Origin: an uncultured Acidobacteriota bacterium
Lineage (GTDB): Bacteria > Acidobacteriota > Polarisedimenticolia > J045
Direction: 5' to 3'
Length of the DNA stretch: 64,000 nucleotides
NCBI GenBank assembly: GCA_963702545.1
Contig: CAVPDB010000013.1
Span: forward strand, 90,118-154,117
Every line of letters begins with the position of its first letter. The stretch's first letter is position 1. Shown one piece after another: positions 56,096-64,000 of the stretch. The notes below the pieces were generated by a model, which saw only the letters and a list, made by a program, of their open reading frames with translations, was not told the origin of the DNA and did not search any database. The position numbers and the translations under genes are program-made.

Positions 56096-58258
56096 TCAGG
56101 GGCAGAGGTTCGGGCCGTAAGCGGGGGCGCGCTCGGCGCCGGCGCTGGTCTTCCCGAGCGAGCCCTCGCCCGCCGCGTTGCGCGCGCCTATCACGAACAT
56201 CGTGTTGTTCGGCAGCGACGGCAGCAGCGCGGAGGTCGCCGCACCCAGGTTCTGGTTGCAGGCCGCGCGGAAGGTCCCCGGCAGCGGCGACTGGTAGAGC
56301 GCGTACTGCTCGACCGGCCCGCCGCTCTTCGGGGCCGACCAGCTCAGCCGGTACTGCGTCCCCTCGCGCCGGATCGTGAACGGCGCGCCGCCGGCCTTCA
56401 CGTCGGAGGCCTCGCCCGGCAGCGTGACGGCGCCGGGGCGCGGGCCGTAGAGCGGCGCTGCCGCGCCGTACTCGTAGGCTCCCATGTCCGGTGCGCTCCC
56501 CGCGAAGCCGTCGTTGATCCCGGGCAGCGCCTTGCCGGCGTCGACCGCCAGCGCCGCCGGGCGCAGCCGCAGGTCGTACTCGCTGGTGGCGTAGGTCCGC
56601 CCCTCGCCTGCGGGGTAGGAGGCGCTCTGGAAGGCGGAGTAGTCCAGCTCCTTCCCGTGCTGCTCGAACCCCTCGCCGGCGTAGAAGGCCGGCAGGTCGG
56701 CGTAGTTGCGCCAGTCGCTCCCCAGGTAGGGGGCGCGGTTCCACTTGATCAGCCGCGACCCGGAGGACCCCGTGTACGCGTTGTGGTCGATCCGGTTGCG
56801 CGGGTGGGTCGCGGCGCCGGTGTAGACCTGCAGGTCGGAGGTCGACGGGTTGGCGATCGTGACGTTGTTGTGGAGCTGGGCGTTGAGCCAGCCGCTGTCG
56901 GAGTTCCACGAGAAGTCGTGCACGACCAGCGTGTTGTGGAACGCCGCCAGCCCCGCCGCCTGGTTGTGGAACTTGAAGGAGTTGGCGTCCATGTTGTACG
57001 CCACGTTGCGGATGAAGTAGGCCGGCCCGCCGTACTGCGGCTGCGCCGACAGCGCGGTGTGCGCGTTGGTCATCCGGTTGCCCAGGAACCGGATGTTGTG
57101 GAAGTTGTAGTCCGAGCTGAGCGCGTCGTCGAAGCACTCGTACAGCTCGTTCCCGGCGACGTCGATGTTCAGCGACGGCGGGTTCTTCCAGTCGACCGTG
57201 GCGTTGGTGATCTGCCCGCCGCCGGTGTCGCTGTGCGCGATGCAGTCCCAGAACTTCCCGACCCGGTTGTTCTCGACGACATGGCCCTTGCCGTAGATCC
57301 GGATCCCGGTGTGGCTGATCGAGACCGACTGGTCGGCGTAGGGGTACCACTGCGTGTTCCAGCCGGCGATGTCGTTGTCGGCGATCACCCACTTCGCGTC
57401 CTTCGCGGAGGGGCTGGCGCCGCCGCCGACCCCGGCGTAGACGGCGTCCATCTTGACGCTGCGCACGGTCAGGCCCAGCGCGTCGGTGCCGGAGAAGACG
57501 GTCCCCGCGTTCTTCACGGTGAAGCGCTCGAAGGTCAGCCACTTCGTGCCGCCAACCAGGAAGTAGCCCGCGCTGTTCGAGCGCGACGGGCTGACTCCCG
57601 CGTCGAAGATCACGAGGTCGCGCCCCTCACCGCGGAAGGTGATCGGGTTGGTCTCGCTCGTGGCGCGGCTGGAGAGCGAGCGCAGGTCGATCGCCTGGGT
57701 CCTCACGTAGGTCCCGGCGTGGATGAAGACGATCTCGCCCGGCTGCGCCGCGTTCGCGGCCGCCACGATGTCGGAGTAGCAGGGGGTCAGCTTGTCGGCC
57801 CCGACGCAGCTCGTGTAGACGTGGCGGGTCGTGGTGCCGCGCAGCCGGACCGGCTCGCTGCGGGTCATCTGGGTGAAGGTGGTCGAAGCCGTTCCCGTGA
57901 CGCCGTCGGGGTCCGAAAGCGTAATCCGGACCTCGTAACTGACACCCGGGGTGAGGTTGAGCACGCTGCCGGCGAAGAGGTTCCCGCAGACGAAGCCGTC
58001 CCGGCCGGCGGGTTCGGAATGGACCCGCAGCATCGGGTGGCCCAGCGTCCAGACGGTGTCCCCCTGGAAGCGGTACTCGACCTTCGCCTCGGCGTCCTTG
58101 TCGTCGTCCCCGCTCTGGATCCAGCGGAATCCGAGGCTTCGGAGCGTCGGCTCGTCGATCTTGAATTCGCCCGGCACGAGGTCGTTGCCGGCAAGCGCGG
58201 GAAGGGACGCGGCCGCCAGGAGCGCCAGGCTGAACGCGGTGAAGAGAGCTCTCGCCAT
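56096..58258 (-). CDS. secreted right-handed parallel beta-helix repeat protein
   Basis: 720 aa from the ATG at 58258, with a signal peptide (FTAFSLALLAAASLPALA). Successive beta-helix turn motifs (VIADNDIAGWN, VENNRVGKFWD, VAGNELYECFDD, FLGNRMTNAHT, FIRNVAYNM, FHNTLVVHD). Confidence 0.7.
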   Translation of the reverse strand: MARALFTAFSLALLAAASLPALAGNDLVPGEFKIDEPTLRSLGFRWIQSGDDDKDAEAKVEYRFQGDTVWTLGHPMLRVHSEPAGRDGFVCGNLFAGSVLNLTPGVSYEVRITLSDPDGVTGTASTTFTQMTRSEPVRLRGTTTRHVYTSCVGADKLTPCYSDIVAAANAAQPGEIVFIHAGTYVRTQAIDLRSLSSRATSETNPITFRGEGRDLVIFDAGVSPSRSNSAGYFLVGGTKWLTFERFTVKNAGTVFSGTDALGLTVRSVKMDAVYAGVGGGASPSAKDAKWVIADNDIAGWNTQWYPYADQSVSISHTGIRIYGKGHVVENNRVGKFWDCIAHSDTGGGQITNATVDWKNPPSLNIDVAGNELYECFDDALSSDYNFHNIRFLGNRMTNAHTALSAQPQYGGPAYFIRNVAYNMDANSFKFHNQAAGLAAFHNTLVVHDFSWNSDSGWLNAQLHNNVTIANPSTSDLQVYTGAATHPRNRIDHNAYTGSSGSRLIKWNRAPYLGSDWRNYADLPAFYAGEGFEQHGKELDYSAFQSASYPAGEGRTYATSEYDLRLRPAALAVDAGKALPGINDGFAGSAPDMGAYEYGAAAPLYGPRPGAVTLPGEASDVKAGGAPFTIRREGTQYRLSWSAPKSGGPVEQYALYQSPLPGTFRAACNQNLGAATSALLPSLPNNTMFVIGARNAAGEGSLGKTSAGAERAPAYGPNLCP

Positions 58259-58351
58259 CGGATCCCGATCCGTCCGCACCGTCCCCGGGGGGACAGATTG
58301 CAAGATCGGGGCCGAGGGGGCGGGGGGCCGCGGAGGAGGCGGTCGGCGCCC

Positions 58352-58964
58352 CTACCGTCCGGCCCAGCAGGCCGGTCGCCGGCGCAGATGCATCACGGCG
58401 GGCACGCACAGAAGCTCCGGCCGCGGCTGGTAGATCAGCGCGTACGGGAACGGGCGAAGCAGGACGACGAGGGGCAGCGCCAGCGCGGGTTCCAGCCAGG
58501 CCAGGACGTCACGAGCAGGCGCAGCCGCTCGCGCTGCCACCGCCGCGGCCACCTCGAGGACTGGCAGACCGCTGCGGAGAGGGTTTCGCCGAATCGTCTC
58601 GCGCCTCGGACAGGGCGTCGGCGGGCCGGCGCCGAGAGCCCGCGCGACCCGGTGGCCTTCACCAGATCCAGGTCCGTGCGTGGCAGGACGACGATCACTA
58701 GCGCAGCGAGGACGGATCGGACTCAGTCCTCGAGCAGCGGGCCGACGAGGTCGCGCTCAAGTAGAGGATGCTTCCCCGCAGCGGGTGCGCGTCGGCCGGG
58801 CTCACCGGGACCACCCGGGCGACGGCGGGCACGTACTTGGTGACGACTCAGCCTTCGGCCCCGGTCTGCTTCACGTCCATGACCTCCAGTCGAGCGGCGC
58901 GAGGCAACCAGCGCCTTGAACTCGCCCGCGGCGGGACCCGCCGCGCCTTGGCATTAATGGTCAT
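58352..58964 (-). pseudogene. decayed toxin-antitoxin-like locus (Phd/VapB-like antitoxin fragment followed by faint PIN/VapC-like fragments)
   Basis: On the minus strand, starting from ATGACCATTAATGCC at 58964, piecewise translation across three frames gives the following.
- ...LEVMDVKQTGAEG, then a TGA at 58848-58850.
- VVTKYVPAVARVVPVSPADAHPLRGSILYL / ERDLVGPLLED*, which recalls Phd/YefM-VapB antitoxins.
- Then VIVVLPRTDLDLV... and ...LPVLEVAAAVAARAAAPARDVLAWLEPALALPLVVLLRPFP, faintly PIN-like.

No frame stays open for long, and the start region is locally AT-rich. Confidence 0.3.
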
Positions 58965-59175
58965 AAACATATGGTCACATTTTCCGCGCCGGTGCAAGGC
59001 ATGAGAGCACGGATCCGCTCGGTCCGGAGCCGCGGGAGCCGCGCGGCCGTCCCCGACGCGGGACGCGCCACCGGCGCCGCGAGAGTTCGGCCCGCGAGGC
59101 CGCCCCCGCGCTCGCAACGCACGGGAAGCTCGCGTCCCCGCCGACCCGCTATCATCTCCGGCAGTCGAGGCGGGG

Positions 59176-62100
59176 ATGCTGATCGCGGCGCAGGCCAAGC
59201 AGTTCTTCCCGGCGAGGATCCGGGAGCGTGGGGAGAGCTACCTCCGGGCGGGGGCGGTCCAGTTCTGCCTCGAGCACCCCCAGCACGTCGCAGCCCTCGT
59301 CACCGGCACGGAACTCTACGACGTCGTGGCCGTACGCGAGGGCGCGACGCTCCGGGCGACGTGCGACTGCCCCTACGCCGCGTCGGGAGAGGCCTGCAAG
59401 CACCTCTGGGCGGTGCTGCTCGCCGCCGGCATCAAGGGCCTGCTCGGCGGATCGCCGGCCCTGGAGCGGCTGGAGATCGTCGAGGCCGCAGAGCTGCTCG
59501 GCGCGGCCGCGGGCGCCCGCGGCCGGTCCCGACGACGAGCTCTTCGTCGTCGACTGGGGCGAGGTCGATCCCTGGGACGACGACCCCTTCGCGCCGCAGC
59601 GGACCTTCGGCCCGAGGCCGCGGTCCCGCCGGCCCGCGGCGCACGGCGCCGTGCAGGCCCTCCCCGCGGCCGCGTGGCGCGACACCCGGCGCATGCTGGA
59701 GTCCCTGGCGGCGCGCTCCGCCCCCCCGCACGCCGCCGGCGCGGCCTTCGAGATCGACTACCTGATCGACCTCCCGGCCACGCTGCGCGAGTCGGACCTG
59801 GTGCTCGAAACGCAGCGCCGGCTGCGGCGCACCGACGGCTCTTGGGGAATGCCCCGCCCGGTCCGGCTCACGCGCCCCGAGGTGGCCGCCCTCGGCGACG
59901 CCGATCGCCGCCTGGTCACGCTGCTGCTCGAGCAGGAGGCCCGCGCCCGCGGCTGGCCCGCCCGCGACGATGCGGACGGGCGCCTCACGGTCCCGCGGAG
60001 CGCCCGGCTGCACGACGGGCTGCTCGAGCTGGTCCTCCCGCTGCTGTGCGCGACGGGCCGCCTGAGGATCAAGCCGCAGACGCTGCAAGACGAGTCGCCC
60101 GCCCTGGCCTGGGACGACGGGCCGCCCTGGGAGATCAAGCTCGCGCTGCGCGCGGCGCCATCCGGCGCCGGCTACCGGCTCGACGGTGCGCTGACCCGCG
60201 GCGGCGAGGACGTCCCGCTGACCGACCTGGCGCTCGTTCACTACGCGGGCTTCGTGGTCGCCCGCGGCCGGGTCGCACGCCTGCGCATCGGGAGCGTGCT
60301 GCCGCTGCTGCTCGACCTGGTCGGCGAGGGGCCGATCGTCCTGCCCGCCGGCGAGGCTCCGAAGCTGGTCGAGACGCTGCTCGCCCTGCCCGCCGGCCTG
60401 CAGCTGGAACTGCCGGAGGACCTGGCGTACCGCGAGGTGCGCGCCCGGCCGGAGCCGCGGCTGCGCGTGCGCGCGCCAGGGCGCGAGCGAGGCGGGGAAC
60501 GGCTCGCGGGCCAGATCGCGTTCGCCTACGACGGGGAGGAGATCGCGATCGACCACCCCGCGCCCGCCGTCCCGCGGCCCGGCCGGCGGCTCGTCGTGCG
60601 CGATCTCGAGGCCGAGCGGGCCGCGCTCGACGGGCTCGCGGCGCGCGGCTGGCGGCGCGAGCCGCGCGGTGCGCGCGGCGGCCCGCCGGCAAGCGTCTCG
60701 ATCGCCGCGTCCCGCTTCGCGGCGAGCGTCGCGCCGCTGCTCGCCGCGGGCTGGCGGGTCGAGGCCGAGGGCCTGCGCTACCGAGCCGCCAGCGGGCTCC
60801 AGGTGTCGGTCACGACCGGGATCGACTGGTTCGAGCTGAACGGCTCGGCGCAGTTCGGCGACGCGGAGGTGCCGCTGCCGCAGCTGCTGGCGGCGCTGCG
60901 GGGTGGGGAGCGGATGGTCCGGCTGGGCGACGGGAGCTTCGGCATGCTCCCCGAGGACTGGGTGGCCCGCTTCGCGCCGCTCGGCGAGTTCGGCCGGGTC
61001 GAAGGGAAGGAGGTCCGCTTCGCGCGGAGCCAGGCCGCGCTGCTCGACGCGCTGCTGGCGGCGCTTCCGGAGGCCTCGTGCGATGCGTCGTTCGAGCGGC
61101 TCCGCGCCGGGCTCGCGCGCTTCGCGGGGGTCGCGCCGGCGGACCCGCCGCCGGGCTTCGCCGGAACGCTCCGCGGATACCAGGCAGAGGGGCTGGGCTG
61201 GCTCGAGTTCCTGCGCGAGCACGGGTTCGGCGGCTGCCTCGCGGACGACATGGGGCTGGGCAAGACGGTGCAGGTGCTGGCCCTGCTCGCCCGGCGCCGG
61301 GCGGCCCGCGGGCGGGCGGGCGGCCGGCCATCCCTGGTCGTCGCGCCGCGCTCTTTGATCTTCAACTGGATCGAGGAAGCGCGCCGCTTCGTCCCCGCGC
61401 TGCGGGTCTGCGACCACACCGGGACGGGCCGCGCCCCGGACGGCGACTTCTCCGGGCACGACCTCGTCCTGACCACGTACGGCACGCTGCGGCGCGACAT
61501 CGAGCGGCTGCGGGAGGTTCGGTTCGAGTACGCGATCCTGGACGAGGCGCAGGCGATCAAGAACCCGCGCAGCGACGCGGCCAAGGCGGCGCGCCTGCTC
61601 TGCGCCGAGCACCGGCTCGCGCTCTCCGGGACCCCGATCGAAAACCACCTCGGCGAGCTGTGGAGCCTGTTCGAGTTCCTGAACCCCGGGATGCTCGGGA
61701 GCGCGGCGGTCTTCGGGCGCTTCGCGGCGCGGGCCCGCCAGATCGAGCGGGAGGACGGCGCGCTGCTGGCGCGGGCCCTGCGGCCCTTCGTCCTGCGCCG
61801 CACCAAGGCGCAGGTCGCGCCCGAGCTGCCGGAACGCACGGAGCAGACGCTCGCCTGCGAGCTGGAGCCGGTGCAGCGCGGGCTCTACGAGGAGCTGCGC
61901 GGCTACTACCGCGGCGCCCTCCTGGCCCGGGCGGCGCGGTCCGGCGTCAGCCGGATGAAGATCGAGGTGCTGGAGGCGCTGCTGCGGCTGCGCCAGGCGG
62001 CGTGCCACCCCGGACTGATCGATCCGGCGCGCGCCGGGCAGCCTTCGGCGAAGCTGGAGCTGCTCCTGCCGCGGCTGCAGGAGCTGCGCGAGGAGGGGCA

Positions 62101-62557
62101 CAAAGCCCTCGTCTTCTCGCAGTTCACGAGCTTCCTCGGCCTGCTGCGCGGCCCGCTCGACGAGGCCGCCGTCCCCTACGCGTACCTCGACGGCCAGACC
62201 TCCGCGGCCCGCCGCCGCGCGGAGGTGCGGCGCTTCCAGGAGGACCCCGCCTGCCCGCTCTTCCTGATCAGCCTCAAGGCCGGGGGGCTGGGGCTGAACC
62301 TGACCGCCGCCGAGTACGTCTACCTGCTCGACCCCTGGTGGAACCCCGCGGTCGAGGCGCAGGCGATCGACCGGGCCCACCGCATCGGGCAGGCGCGCAA
62401 GGTGATCGCGTACCGGCTGATCGCGCGCGACACGGTCGAGGAGCGGATCCTCGAGCTGCAGGCCGAAAAGCGCGCCCTGGCGGACGCGATCCTGCAGGCC
62501 GACGCCGGCACCCTGCGCGACCTGACGCGCGAGGACCTCGAGCTGCTGCTGTCGTGA
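59176..62557 (+). CDS. SWIM zinc-finger / SNF2-family helicase (paralogue 2; one frame break)
   Basis: The N-terminal part is in frame 59176 (SWIM motif ATCDCPYAASGEACKHLW). From about 59516 the protein continues in the next frame (AAGPDDELFVVDW...). SNF2 motifs [35 protein letters not shown] and [43 protein letters not shown]. Stop at 62557. Confidence 0.85.
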
Positions 62558-62625
62558 GAAGGAGCGGGCCGGGGGGCAAGCGCTCGAGGATCGTTCATTT
62601 CCCTTGATTCCCGGTGATCAGATCA

Positions 62626-62847
62626 TCAGAAATCGAGCCGATCGACTGCGGGGAATCGATGCAGCATCCGTCGTCGAACGTCGTCGTCCACGACGACGCC
62701 TGATTGCGGGTGTACGAGGAGACGGCGGAGACAGCGGGCTCACTCGTCCAGGAACGCCGTGCCCAGCCCCGGCGACAGCGTCTCATAGTAGAGAAGAGCA
62801 TCCTCCAGCTCGCGCGCGGCGAGCCGTTGGACAACGATGCGGGTCAT
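62626..62847 (-). pseudogene. RelE/ParE-family toxin remnant
   Basis: The ATG at 62847 directly follows the antitoxin stop (TGAATG). MTRIVVQRLAARELEDALLYYETLSPGLGTAFLDE matches the ParE/RelE N-terminal pattern but is cut by an in-frame TGA (62740-62742). It continues ARCLRRLLVHPQSGVVVDDDVRRRMLHRFP and then loses the frame in the G run at 62650-62653. The usual C-terminal strand/His-Arg region is absent. Confidence 0.6.
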
Positions 62848-63082
62848 TCAGCGGAGCTTCGCGAGCAGGGCGCGGAGGACGTCATCCGCAGGAAGGAGCA
62901 CGGACGGGATCGGAGTCGGCCTCAGCGGCCCGAGCCTTGGCCTCCAGCACCCAGGCTTGGAGGTTCTCCTCCTCCGAGAGCGTCTCGAGGCTGTCGAGGA
63001 GCGCCTGCGCGAGCCGGGCCCGTTCCTCCGGCGCGAGCTTCAACGCTTCAGCTTCAATCTGCTTCACGTCCATGTCCTCCAT
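62848..63082 (-). CDS. addiction-module antitoxin component (TIGR02574-like; one frame break near the 3' end)
   Basis: M(ED)MDVKQIEAEALKLAPEERARLAQALLDSLETLSEEENLQAWVLEAKARAAE fits the L.LP.EER..LA..LL.SL ... AW..EA pattern of this antitoxin family. Possible starts are the ATG at 63082, the ATG at 63073, or the GTG at 63067 (8 nt after GGAGG). After ...ADSDP the written frame ends VRAPSCG* at 62882. A shift near 62906 gives SVLLPADDVLRALLAKLR* ending at 62848-62850. Confidence 0.65.
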
Positions 63083-63259
63083 TGGAAGGCCGCGCTTCGG
63101 CGGGCGCCGCAGCCGTCGCGGCCCCTGGCCCGAACCATGACCATCGTGAGGACCATCAGGATACGCGCCGATCAGCGAGCGCTCGACGCTCGGTCGGCCC
63201 CGCTGTTGCCGTGCCGGGATCCTCGGGGAGCGCGACACCGAAGTGGCCCGAGGACGTTC

Positions 63260-63387
63260 GTAGGGGCCGGCCTCCGTGCCGGCCCGAACGACGGTGCGTG
63301 CGTGACGGGCCGGCACAGAGGCCGGCCCCTACAGGTCGCGCCGAACGACGGTGTGCGTGACGGGCCGGCACAGAGGCCGGCCCCTAC
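63260..63387. repeat. cluster of three REP-like hairpin elements
   Basis: Forward copy at 63260-63285. Inverted copies GGGCCGGCACAGAGGCCGGCCCCTAC at 63307-63332 and 63362-63387. The last two lie within a 46-48-nt direct repeat (63285-63332 and 63342-63387). Confidence 0.9.
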
Positions 63388-64000
63388 CGCCCGCTGATGT
63401 CGACCAGCTCCAGCTCGACCGCGCGTTCCTTGCCGTCGCGCGCCACCGTCAGCGTCACGACGCCGCCGACGCCCGCGTCCTCGAAGACCTGCGCCATCTC
63501 GTCGATCGTCTTCACCGGCTTGCCGTTGACGGCGACGATCAGGTCGCCCAGCGCCCAGCCGCGCTGGGTGCGGCGCAGCCCCTCGAGCCCGGCCCGCGCC
63601 GCCGGCCCCCTCGGCTGCACGGAGCGGATCACGACCCCTTCCACCTGGCTGCGCCGCGCCAGGTCGTCCGAGAGGATCGAGATGCCGATCCCCGGCTGCA
63701 CCGCGCGGCCGGTCGCGATCAGCTGCGGCACCAGGCGCTTGACGGTGTCGACCGGGACCGAGAAGCCGATCCCCGCGTTGGCGCCGCTCGGGCTGTAGAT
63801 CGCGGTGTTGACGCCGATCAGCCGCCCGCGCGAGTCGATCAGCGGGCCGCCCGAGTTGCCGGGGTTGATCGCGGCGTCGGTCTGGATGACGTCGCGGATC
63901 GTGCGGCCGGAGGGGGACTGCAGCTCGCGCCCGAGCGCGCTGACGACGCCGACCGTCAGCGTGTTGTCCAGCCCGAACGGGTTCCCGACCGCGTAGACGC
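63384..64000 (-). CDS. HtrA/DegP-type trypsin-like serine protease with PDZ domain (3' part; 5' end outside the window)
   Basis: The minus-strand frame is open to the window edge. Catalytic-Ser context [28 protein letters not shown] (63800-63900 region) is followed by a PDZ domain ([18 protein letters not shown]...[12 protein letters not shown]). TAG stop at 63384-63386. Confidence 0.85.

Noticed and set aside
58848-62742. In-frame TGA codons in the two TA loci (58848-58850, 62740-62742) as possible selenocysteine or stop-codon recoding.
   Set aside because: TGA is used as an ordinary terminator by many intact genes in the window (purF, the Fur-like gene, ggt and others). No SECIS-like hairpin follows either site, and both loci carry additional lesions.
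63137-63160. A TGACCAT...GACCAT direct repeat upstream of the second antitoxin resembles the TGACCAT repeat at the first TA locus, suggesting a possible shared operator.
   Set aside because: The motif is only 6-7 nt, the orientation relative to the genes differs between the two loci, and the spacing is not identical. This is too weak without binding or conservation data.
63260-63387. Three similar 26-nt repeats with 21-29-nt spacers could be taken for a mini CRISPR array.
   Set aside because: The copies are in mixed orientation, the 'spacers' are themselves repeated, there are only three units, no cas genes are present, and the same element occurs singly, in pairs and inside a CDS elsewhere. 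This is REP-like behaviour.

Overview
This is a very GC-rich bacterial chromosomal segment, roughly 70% GC or more by eye, with third codon positions almost all G/C. The phylum cannot be fixed from sequence alone; the gene content is reminiscent of Acidobacteriota-like soil or sediment bacteria, but that is a guess. I can support about 45 protein-coding genes. I recognised no rRNA, tRNA, CRISPR array, transposase or integrase.

Gene content, in window order:
- purH and purF, a Fur-family regulator, and a DAACS symporter.
- A cytochrome b / Rieske module followed by a membrane-anchored octahaem cytochrome c fused to HEAT/TPR repeats.
- An active/inactive M16 peptidase pair.
- Two paralogous SWIM-SNF2 helicases (17.7-20.7 kb and 59.2-62.6 kb).
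- Two aminotransferases, gloB, a membrane pyrophosphatase (hppA), a lone RND permease, and an MgtC/DUF4010 protein.
- A SOUL-type protein and a GGT + MFS pair.
- A tricorn-type protease, an M28 peptidase, and an RluA-family synthase.
- A propeller-type histidine kinase + NarL-type regulator operon, headed by a three-domain acyl-AMP ligase / carrier / acyltransferase fusion.
- A DUF4143 AAA ATPase, a Cys-rich secreted hydrolase, an NmrA-like protein, and a beta-helix protein.
- Two decayed toxin-antitoxin loci and the 3' part of an HtrA-type protease.

The most interesting structure is not a gene:
- A 26-nt REP-like hairpin family (GTAGGGGCCGGCCTCYGTGCCGGCCC) has seven copies at three loci. Two of them are tandem copies absorbed in frame into the tricorn-type protease gene.
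- A second composite repeat with a 36-bp unit lies at 4141-4263.
- About 13 frame disruptions affect otherwise convincing genes, most of them (about ten) at short G/C runs. These are most simply explained as consensus or assembly indels, except in the two TA loci, which look genuinely decayed.

No single obviously novel multi-gene system can be proven from sequence alone. The best candidates are the Rieske/cyt b-octahaem-TPR module, the ElbD-like lipid enzyme coupled to a two-component system, and the REP-bounded SNF2/TA segment.
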